NCBI GenBank assembly: GCA_037969075.1
Contig: JBBKWS010000121.1
Coordinates: 1-12,468 of the forward strand
Length of the DNA: 12,468 nt
DNA from: Bdellovibrionales bacterium
GTDB taxonomy: Bacteria > Bdellovibrionota > Bdellovibrionia > Bdellovibrionales > UBA840
Reading direction: 5' to 3'
The notes beneath the pieces were generated by a model, which was not told the DNA's origin, did no database searches, and saw only the letters and a program-made list of their open reading frames with translations. The first letter of the stretch is position 1. Every line of letters begins with the position of its first letter. Positions 6,196-12,468 of the stretch are shown piece by piece. A program made the position numbers and the translations under genes.

Positions 6196-8471
6196 GTTAT
6201 TTACGAACACTTGATTGGGATCAGTTAAAAAATTGGATTGAGGGATTTACACAAAGTGAAATCACAAAAGCGGCAGTTCAAAACTTAGAGCCACACGCCT
6301 CCCCTACATTTGCCCAACAACAAATGGGATATACGTATGAAGCTATCCCCTACGTAACGCCCAATAGACCCATTATACAATCTATCGACTTAATACCCCT
6401 TTGGTTACCAAGATTAAAAAAAGGTGCTGTCTTAGCAGGAGCTGACTTAAAAGATGTAAAACTATTTTTTTACGAAACTGAAGGCCTATTAAACATTCTG
6501 CAATCTATAAATACTAATTGGGGCGAAGGCACTATTTCATTAATAGAATCCTTTGGCGATGAAATCACTATCATTGAAAGAACTATCGATACCGATGGTA
6601 ATGTTGTACCGACTGCGAGTCCTCGCCTTGCAAGTTTGAGTTTAGAAAAAACGCAATTATCCAAAAATATTCATGATCGCTTAAAGCAAATTTTAAACGA
6701 TCATCAAATTGAAAATATGTTACAGGATAAATTTGTCACTACTCGTGATGGCAGATGGGTTGTGCCTGTAAAATACGGGATGCAAGGTAAATTCCCTGGC
6801 ATCATCCACGATGTTAGTAATACAGGGCAAAGTCTTTTTATTGAGCCACAAGAAGTTGTTAATACTAATAACAAACTTCGAGAAATAGAAATAGAAATCA
6901 GCGCAGAGATCGAAAGAATTTTAAAAAAAATCAGCGAAACACTTCAACAAAGACAAGTTGCTCTTGAAAGTAATTTTAAAGCACTTAAAGAAAGTGACTT
7001 TCGCTTTACTCTTGCCACCTATGCCCTAAAAACTGATGCTAAGGCCATTGAATTCTCTAAAGATGAATTACACCTAGTACAAGTAAGAAATCCTATACTT
7101 GTGTTACAAGCAAAAAAAGTGATTTCAAATACGATTGAACTTAATAAAAATAAAACTGTCTTATTGGTCTCAGGCCCTAATGCCGGCGGAAAAACCATCT
7201 TGTTAAAATCAATAGGCCTTACCGCGCAACTAGCAAGATGCGGTATTCCAGTTTGCTGTGAAGGAAACTCAAAAATTCCTTTCTTTAAACATATATTTAC
7301 CTCTGTGGGTGATTCTCAGAATATTAAAGAAGGCCTCAGCACTTTTGCCGCACACATGTTAGAGTTGAACGAATCTCTACAATCAAAATCATATGAAGAT
7401 TTAATTTTAATTGATGAGATCTGTGGCTCGACAGACCCCGAAGAAGGCTCTGCCCTAGCTAGGGCTTTTGTTGAACACTATGGAAAGAATCATATTTTTT
7501 CTGTTACCACCTCACACTTAAGCCCGTTAAAAATAGGCTGGGAAGAGAATTCGGGCGTACTAACAGCATCAATGAACTATGATGAGGCTGCCGGCGCACC
7601 TACCTACAGGCTGATTAGTGGTGTATCTGGAAGTTCTTTCGCTTGGAAGACGGCGCAAAAGATCGGTGTAGCTGATTTTATTTTAAATAGAGCCAAAGAC
7701 TTTATGTCTGAACTCTGGAAAAAACGTAATGAAAAAATGGATGACCTAGAATCCATTAAACAAGACCTAATAAATGAAAAGCAAAAGAACGCTATTCAGG
7801 CCGAGGATATATTACGGCAAAAAAATAAATATGAAACCCTGTTAACCAATTTTGAAAAAGAGAAGCAGCAAAAAATTGATGAAATTGCTAAGTCTGCAGA
7901 AAAACGATTAGAGCAAGTCTTTGATGAAATTAAGCAGGGTAATAAAAAATCACCCCTAGAGTGGAAGGTAGATTTACCACAAATTATTAAGGGTAAAATA
8001 GAAAAAGAACTTAGCGCCGATGATTTCTCTAAAACCTACCCTGTTGGAACAGATATTTTTATACAAACTCTAGGTAAACCCGGTGTAGTACAATCCTCCC
8101 CGAACTCAAAGGGTGAAGTGAGTGTCTTGTCAAATTCAATGCGACTCCAAATTCATTTTAAGTATTTGATTGCAAGACAAGGTGCAAAACCAAAATCAGA
8201 ACACTCGAACCATGTATCAAAATTTGCGGTTGATGACTGCCAGTTAGATCTCAGAGGCCTTAGCCTAGAAGATGCAATGGAGAAGCTTGAAACTCAAATT
8301 GATATCGCACTCAAAGAGCAGATAGACAGAATTAAAGTGATTCATGGACACGGGACAAACACATTAAAAAAAGCTGTCAGGGCCTATTGTTCTAGATCTG
8401 AATATATTAAAAAATGGCAAGCAGGTGCTCCAGACCAAGGCGGTGACGGGATTACTTGGATCGAGATCTAA
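6192..8471 (+). CDS. mutS2: MutS2 family ATPase/endonuclease with C-terminal Smr domain
   Basis: Walker A GPNAGGKT, LSTFAAHM, LIDEICGSTDPEEGSALA, coiled coil, KOW-like region and Smr domain (LDLRG...IHGHGT). No mismatch-binding domain. The TTG start overlaps the lnt stop (TTGA), with RBS GAGGA at 6180-6184. Confidence 0.96.
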   Translation: MSYLRTLDWDQLKNWIEGFTQSEITKAAVQNLEPHASPTFAQQQMGYTYEAIPYVTPNRPIIQSIDLIPLWLPRLKKGAVLAGADLKDVKLFFYETEGLLNILQSINTNWGEGTISLIESFGDEITIIERTIDTDGNVVPTASPRLASLSLEKTQLSKNIHDRLKQILNDHQIENMLQDKFVTTRDGRWVVPVKYGMQGKFPGIIHDVSNTGQSLFIEPQEVVNTNNKLREIEIEISAEIERILKKISETLQQRQVALESNFKALKESDFRFTLATYALKTDAKAIEFSKDELHLVQVRNPILVLQAKKVISNTIELNKNKTVLLVSGPNAGGKTILLKSIGLTAQLARCGIPVCCEGNSKIPFFKHIFTSVGDSQNIKEGLSTFAAHMLELNESLQSKSYEDLILIDEICGSTDPEEGSALARAFVEHYGKNHIFSVTTSHLSPLKIGWEENSGVLTASMNYDEAAGAPTYRLISGVSGSSFAWKTAQKIGVADFILNRAKDFMSELWKKRNEKMDDLESIKQDLINEKQKNAIQAEDILRQKNKYETLLTNFEKEKQQKIDEIAKSAEKRLEQVFDEIKQGNKKSPLEWKVDLPQIIKGKIEKELSADDFSKTYPVGTDIFIQTLGKPGVVQSSPNSKGEVSVLSNSMRLQIHFKYLIARQGAKPKSEHSNHVSKFAVDDCQLDLRGLSLEDAMEKLETQIDIALKEQIDRIKVIHGHGTNTLKKAVRAYCSRSEYIKKWQAGAPDQGGDGITWIEI

Positions 8472-9358
8472 GCCCCCGGCACTCCGTATACAAATTCTGT
8501 ACGAGGATCACAACTTGGCTGAGTAGCCCATAGCCATTGATATGCCTTAGGCTCTATAAGCTTTGCTTCCATGCATGATAAGACTTCAAGAGTTGATTCG
8601 GGATAGATTAACTTTTCATTATTACGAATTTCTGACCATGCTACTGCTCCCGTTTCAAGAGCAATAATAATACGACCCACAATTTTACTTTCAAAGTCTA
8701 CACCAGAAAAAACTTCTTTTGGCACCAAGACTTCACCAGAGGTTTCAATCTCGGCAAATTGCTTTCCATTTACTTCATAGATTTGTTTTAAAATACTTAC
8801 CAATTCTATTTTCATGGGCATAGACGATTTTTCATTGATCCATTTTTCTTCTAAAAACCAAGTATCCCCAATTTTTACTTCATCTTCAGGTAGCGCAACA
8901 GGAGACAAGTAAAATGCTGATGTTTTTGCGTAGTCTCCGGCTTTAAGAATCTTTCCCACGGCAGTCATTTGCAGAGCTAATTTTTCATTAATTCTTGGCA
9001 TGACTAAATCATGCAAATCGATAACCCCATCTTTTTTGGTGGTTGTGAAATTAACATGAATGACACCTGCCTTCACATTCTCAACCGTGTACTTTGTCTC
9101 AAAATCGACTATCTCTTCTCTCTCTCGCAAGATTTGCCCTTGATCAAAATGCTTCGTTACAGAGCTTACATGGTACATGTGCTTCTCTGTGTACCCTGCC
9201 TGCCCTGCCAACTGTATGCGAATAGGCTTAGTAAGTATTACGATCTCGGGTTTATGATCTAGGTTGATTGAGCTTCTTTTTTTTAAGCCACTACAAGAGA
9301 TTAGAACTAAACAGCTGACGACAATTTTTACAGTAAAAAAAAGCGTATTATTTTGCAT
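8468..9358 (-). CDS. Hypothetical beta-rich lipoprotein (DUF6263-like by motif recall)
   Basis: Lipobox LIS-C22 from ATG 9358, with SD GGGAG 8 nt upstream. Motif LPEDEVKIGDTW and alternating beta strands. Two C-terminal Cys. Confidence 0.8.
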   Translation of the reverse strand: MQNNTLFFTVKIVVSCLVLISCSGLKKRSSINLDHKPEIVILTKPIRIQLAGQAGYTEKHMYHVSSVTKHFDQGQILREREEIVDFETKYTVENVKAGVIHVNFTTTKKDGVIDLHDLVMPRINEKLALQMTAVGKILKAGDYAKTSAFYLSPVALPEDEVKIGDTWFLEEKWINEKSSMPMKIELVSILKQIYEVNGKQFAEIETSGEVLVPKEVFSGVDFESKIVGRIIIALETGAVAWSEIRNNEKLIYPESTLEVLSCMEAKLIEPKAYQWLWATQPSCDPRTEFVYGVPGA

Positions 9359-9412
9359 ACTTAGAGCTCCCATCCAAAAGATTCATAGCTAGTGGAATTT
9401 AGTTTACATAGT

Positions 9413-9427
9413 GTCTCAAAATGAAAA
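9413..9427. promoter_or_regulatory. GTCTCA-N3-TGAGAC-like element upstream of the second sigma54 promoter
   Basis: GTCTCA-AAA-TGAAAA matches 10 of 12 arm positions and lies about 70 bp upstream of the -24 box. Confidence 0.5.
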
Positions 9428-9440
9428 TTAAAAATCAAGC

Positions 9441-9464
9441 TAAATTATTGAAATCAGAAGGTTT
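9441..9464. promoter_or_regulatory. IHF-like site(s) between the activator element and the sigma54 promoter
   Basis: Plus strand AATCAG-AAGG-TTT (9452-9464) and minus strand TTTCAA-TAAT-TTA (9453-9441), each one mismatch from WATCARNNNNTTR, in an AT-rich tract. Confidence 0.4.
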
Positions 9465-9487
9465 TTCGTCTCTAGCATCTACCGGAT

Positions 9488-9504
9488 TTGGCACTCCTTT
9501 TGCT
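9488..9504 (+). promoter_or_regulatory. Sigma54 (RpoN) -24/-12 promoter
   Basis: TTGGCAC-TCCTT-TTGCT, a near-perfect consensus with GG-N10-GC spacing. Predicted TSS is near 9515, RBS GGGGGA at 9531-9536. Confidence 0.85.
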
Positions 9505-9540
9505 CCTTAAGTATATGTGTGGAAGAAAAAGGGGGAATAT

Positions 9541-10224
9541 ATGAAACAGGTAAGCATCTTACTAATTATGGCAATTGCCATATCAGGCTTCGGATGTAGT
9601 AAGTCCGACAATGAAGCCGTAACAGTTAATCCGTACAATCAATATACTGGGGACCTTCAATACGATTCTAACGGTATTGCATTGATGGAGTGCACAAAGT
9701 TTTTTTCAAAGATGGGTAGCATTGAAGGTAATGTTAAAGTCTTTAAAAATAATAATATTTATTACTCTGATAAAGTAGATATACGTCTATCCACTTCTAT
9801 CGATTTAAATAATAAATTGTTGGTATTTTATAGATGGAAGCAAGAATCAAATAGTTCGGTAGTAGCAGATACAAATCCACTGCGCTTTGATGTAAATGTA
9901 ACCGGACAAATCTATACTGGCTTTACACAGTTAACGGCGACTTCAACTAATGCTGTGAATACAAATCAAATTACTTTTTCAGTGCATGGTACTGATATCG
10001 GGTATCACGCAGTACAAGTAGCTATTTACAATGCAACATCTGGACAAATTGAAGCTTACTCAGATGCGTTAATACCATTTGTGTATGCAAGCCCAAAGGA
10101 TTACAAAAGCACTCATACAAGTCAAAACCAACTACTAAGTTTGCATCCGTATATCAGCGAAGCAACTTCAAATACACCTGCAGTTGATTTTGCTAGACGC
10201 TCTTACTCTGACTTTTGTTTTTAA
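9541..10224 (+). CDS. Hypothetical lipoprotein
   Basis: ATG 9541 follows the GGGGGA RBS. Signal peptide with lipobox GFG-C19. Asn/Thr/Tyr-rich, beta-like body. One internal Cys and a Cys at the penultimate position. Confidence 0.85.
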   Translation: MKQVSILLIMAIAISGFGCSKSDNEAVTVNPYNQYTGDLQYDSNGIALMECTKFFSKMGSIEGNVKVFKNNNIYYSDKVDIRLSTSIDLNNKLLVFYRWKQESNSSVVADTNPLRFDVNVTGQIYTGFTQLTATSTNAVNTNQITFSVHGTDIGYHAVQVAIYNATSGQIEAYSDALIPFVYASPKDYKSTHTSQNQLLSLHPYISEATSNTPAVDFARRSYSDFCF

Positions 10225-11084
10225 TGGCCTTCGCCTTGTACGATCTCTTCGGCATTTAAGTTTTCACCATGCCTGTAGCGACCTACAAGTGATCGGTCAT
10301 TTGTTGGAAATGAGAATAATAATAAGTGAGAATCAGACGCCTTGTCTTCGACCGCAATGGAAACGTAAAACAAATCTTCACTGCCTTCTGTAAAATCTTT
10401 TATAAAACTCACTAAAATATTCCCTTGTAAATCTGGATCTCTCCAAATCTCATCAGGATCTTCGATACATTCATCCCGATACTTTTTATATTTAGGAAAC
10501 TCATCCTCTACGATGTCTTTTTCAGATCTAATCTTTAGCATGGCGCTATACAGACCTGCTGCCAATGGATCCCCGTCTCCTAGAGCATCTCCTTCTTGAT
10601 AGGCAATTTCTTTATCAAAGGTCTTCTCACCTTGACGAAACAACTCATACAAAGCAGCAGATTTAGTCGGGAAATGAAAAAATACAAAGGTCGGCTCATC
10701 ATTTAAAACATAGACTATGGCCACATAAAAAATATCTTCACCTGTGGCTTCTGACTCAAATGTTTTTACATAATGGAATGCTGGATAATTAGTAATTAAT
10801 TCTGATTTAAAAATCTCATCAGGCTCTGTCAAAGTTTCTACTAAAAGTTCTTCGTATTCAAAAAACTCAGCCTCTTTTATATCCTTTGCTCCATCATAGG
10901 CTTTAAAGAACTCATCTTCGAGCTTTACAATCTCTTTTTGAAAATGGGAATAAAGTGCATCCTCATTAGGAAACACAAACCCCTTGTCCTTATCAACAAT
11001 GATCGGCTCCTGAGACTTAGTCGCTCCCCGACGTTGGACTGGCTTCTTTGCTGACTTTTTCTTTGCTGCTGTTTTCTTCGCCAA
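10221..11084 (-). CDS. Tandem-duplicated PBECR2-like (BECR nuclease fold) protein with basic N-terminal tail
   Basis: TTG start with RBS GAGGA at 11093-11089. Two repeats of about 86 aa, each with PDEI[FW] ... FYV.I ... FPT ... [FY]R.GE. The fold assignment is from recall of the PDEIW motif. Confidence 0.75.
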   Translation of the reverse strand: MAKKTAAKKKSAKKPVQRRGATKSQEPIIVDKDKGFVFPNEDALYSHFQKEIVKLEDEFFKAYDGAKDIKEAEFFEYEELLVETLTEPDEIFKSELITNYPAFHYVKTFESEATGEDIFYVAIVYVLNDEPTFVFFHFPTKSAALYELFRQGEKTFDKEIAYQEGDALGDGDPLAAGLYSAMLKIRSEKDIVEDEFPKYKKYRDECIEDPDEIWRDPDLQGNILVSFIKDFTEGSEDLFYVSIAVEDKASDSHLLLFSFPTNDRSLVGRYRHGENLNAEEIVQGEGH

Positions 11085-11099
11085 TTTTTCCTCATCATT

Positions 11100-11144
11100 T
11101 TCTTACATTTGCTACATTGTAAGAAGCTAAACTCATATGGGCAA
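11100..11144 (-). promoter_or_regulatory. Sigma70 promoter with an overlapping inverted repeat
   Basis: Minus strand TTGCCC (11144-11139)-N17-TACAAT (11121-11116). A perfect IR TTCTTACA-N10-TGTAAGAA (11100-11125) covers the -10 box and TSS. Confidence 0.6.
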
Positions 11145-11185
11145 TCAAAATATGACAGTCGTTGTCAATCTATGCAGATTAAGCC

Positions 11186-11214
11186 TTGCAAGAAGTCAGA
11201 ACTCTAAGAACAAT
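11186..11214 (+). promoter_or_regulatory. Possible sigma70 promoter
   Basis: TTGCAA-N17-AACAAT. The -10 box lacks its first T. Confidence 0.35.
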
Positions 11215-11262
11215 GTTAGTAGGAGTCATCCAAGATGGATAACTCGGGGGCAGGGAGGCCGT

Positions 11263-11583
11263 ATGAATAATATTGTCGAGTTGGACAAGCTAGAGCAGCT
11301 AGAATTCTTGCTGAAGCAGTCCTTAAAGGGTATTCATTTACTATTTGATAACCGCGATATTGCCAGAGTATTAAGCCGTACTCAAGACAAAGACCATAAG
11401 CCCTTTAGCATGGAAAAACTCAAAGAAATGCAAACTCTATTAACTGACTTTATTGCCGAAGAAAGTCTTGAAGATAAAAGAGATTTTTTAGAAGAGCTTG
11501 ATGAGGGCGAGTACGACTTATTAGTGCAAACCTACTTCAACCTATTAGAAAATTCGATCAAAGAAGAAAAGATCGTTCACTAA
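11263..11583 (+). CDS. Small acidic helical hypothetical protein (106 aa)
   Basis: ATG 11263 is preceded by GGGAGG (11253-11258). The ORF-track extension from 11137 crosses promoter DNA and has atypical composition. Confidence 0.85.
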   Translation: MNNIVELDKLEQLEFLLKQSLKGIHLLFDNRDIARVLSRTQDKDHKPFSMEKLKEMQTLLTDFIAEESLEDKRDFLEELDEGEYDLLVQTYFNLLENSIKEEKIVH

Positions 11584-11608
11584 AGTAATTTAAAAATATT
11601 ACCGATCC
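11581..11608 (+). promoter_or_regulatory. Sigma28 (FliA)-like promoter, probably leaderless transcript
   Basis: TAAAGTAA (11581-11588, overlapping the upstream TAA stop), N12, ACCGATCC (11601-11608). ATG 11615 is 6 nt further on, with no SD. Confidence 0.55.
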
Positions 11609-11614
11609 AACACT

Positions 11615-11884
11615 ATGATATTTTGGATCGGTCTTTTATTACCTAGCCTATTTGCGGAATACCGCGTTCATAAACTAGTTATCCTAGATACAGCTGGCCA
11701 AAAAGTAAAAGAGGTTACCTCGACCCTAGATAACTTACAGTACGGGGACTATTTTGATGTCCCAAAGAACTTCCAAGTGCAACTTCTAGACTCCTGGAAG
11801 TGCTATGAATTTACCGGCGATTTTAAACCTCACTGCCAAAATCCAAAAGACGCTAGCCGATTGCCTAGTTCTACAGCCGAATAG
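11615..11884 (+). CDS. Small secreted hypothetical protein (89 aa)
   Basis: Short signal-like N-terminus (LFA|EY), Cys pair in SWKC...KPHC, and it fills the intergenic gap. Confidence 0.75.
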   Translation: MIFWIGLLLPSLFAEYRVHKLVILDTAGQKVKEVTSTLDNLQYGDYFDVPKNFQVQLLDSWKCYEFTGDFKPHCQNPKDASRLPSSTAE

Positions 11885-11905
11885 TGATCTGAACCCCCAA
11901 TCTCT

Positions 11906-11914
11906 TGCTATACT
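11906..11914 (+). promoter_or_regulatory. Extended -10 promoter element
   Basis: TG-C-TATACT, upstream of RBS AGGAGG (11928-11933). Confidence 0.5.
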
Positions 11915-11938
11915 AAGCACTGAGACTAGGAGGGTCTT

Positions 11939-12468
11939 TTGGCATCATCACGTGTTGAAAATACGCAAATTCAGCAAATACAAGAAGCTTACGATCGTAA
12001 AAAGCAAGAAGTTGCTGAGCGCGGAGAAGAGCGCGTGAGCAATACGCAAAAATATTATCAAGAACAAGAAAAGAAAATCGCCAAAAGTGGGAATGCCACC
12101 GTTAACCACATCAAAAAAATAAATCAAGAGCGTATTGAACAGACTCAAGAATATTCAGACAATCAGGCAAAGATACACCAAAAACGCCTTCGTAAAGAAA
12201 ATGAGAATTATAAAGAAATTCAAAGTGAACATAATGAGATTATAAATTCGCAGAAAGAAAGTTACTCAAAAGAACAAATCGCTCTTAAAGAGAAACAAGC
12301 CAGAAATATTCAGGCCACCCAAGAAAAAATGGCTGAACAATCACAGTCTATCCAAAATCGCTACAATGATAGTATTAGTGATATAGAAAAAAAGGGTAAC
12401 AAGGCGCAAAACGAAGAGCGAGCAAAAATTGCCCTAGAAACAGAAGCTGTCAGACATAAAAATAAAGA
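11939..12468 (+). CDS. Coiled-coil protein, 5' part (runs off the window; absent from the ORF track)
   Basis: AGGAGG, 5 nt, then TTG 11939. The frame is open to the end (176 codons): MASSRVENTQIQQIQEAYDRKKQEVAERGEER..., Q/E/K-rich with no Pro. Confidence 0.88.
   Translation, partial: MASSRVENTQIQQIQEAYDRKKQEVAERGEERVSNTQKYYQEQEKKIAKSGNATVNHIKKINQERIEQTQEYSDNQAKIHQKRLRKENENYKEIQSEHNEIINSQKESYSKEQIALKEKQARNIQATQEKMAEQSQSIQNRYNDSISDIEKKGNKAQNEERAKIALETEAVRHKNK

Noticed and set aside
6470..6664. 64-aa minus-strand ORF
   Set aside because: Antisense within mutS2.
6192..8471. MutS protein as mismatch-repair MutS1 or as part of a defence system
   Set aside because: It lacks the mismatch-recognition domain and has an Smr domain, so it is an ordinary MutS2. 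No defence-type neighbours are present.
9011..9262. 83-aa Cys-containing plus-strand ORF, and a GTCTCA half-site near 9097
   Set aside because: Antisense within the lipoprotein gene. The half-site has no matching second arm and lies in coding DNA.
9517..9540. GTG start extension of the 9541 lipoprotein
   Set aside because: It begins at the predicted TSS and spans the RBS. ATG 9541 gives a clean signal peptide.
10184..10393. 69-aa plus-strand ORF
   Set aside because: Overlaps two real genes and is antisense to the PBECR2-like gene.
11137..11262. 42-aa N-terminal extension of the 106-aa protein
   Set aside because: It crosses promoter elements, and a strong SD precedes ATG 11263.
10221..11583. 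Classical toxin-antitoxin module (BECR-fold gene plus small gene)
   Set aside because: The genes are divergent rather than co-transcribed, both proteins are acidic, and the small protein has no recognisable DNA-binding antitoxin motif.
11805..12148. ORFs 11805-12038 (+) and 11948-12148 (-)
   Set aside because: Alternative-frame and antisense shadows of the coiled-coil gene starting at 11939.
1..12468. CRISPR array, tRNA/rRNA, riboswitch, IS or prophage
   Set aside because: No regularly spaced repeats, RNA-gene signatures, or transposase/integrase/phage genes were seen by eye. An Rfam/Infernal scan of 1130-1300 would be needed to exclude a small RNA there.

Overview
AT-rich, gene-dense bacterial chromosomal window with 12 likely CDS and no recognisable RNA gene, mobile element or CRISPR array. 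The mix of orphan lipoproteins, secreted hydrolases and sigma54/sigma28-type promoters suggests a Bdellovibrionota-like organism, but this is inference. Recognisable genes are lnt (apolipoprotein N-acyltransferase) coupled to mutS2, a secreted S8 subtilase and an alkaline-phosphatase/NPP-family lipoprotein. The rest are hypothetical: a lipoprotein with a GH46-chitosanase/lysozyme-like motif, a zinc-ribbon membrane protein, two beta-rich lipoproteins, a tandem-duplicated PBECR2-like protein with a basic tail, two small proteins, and a coiled-coil ORF missed by the ORF track that runs off the right edge. The most notable signal is regulatory. Two unrelated exported-protein genes about 8 kb apart share a sigma54 promoter, an upstream GTCTCA-N3-TGAGAC element and a GGGGGAAT RBS. 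A second set of genes has sigma28-like promoters placed so that the mRNAs would be leaderless. I see no clearly delimited multi-gene novel system; the findings are hypotheses from manual reading only.
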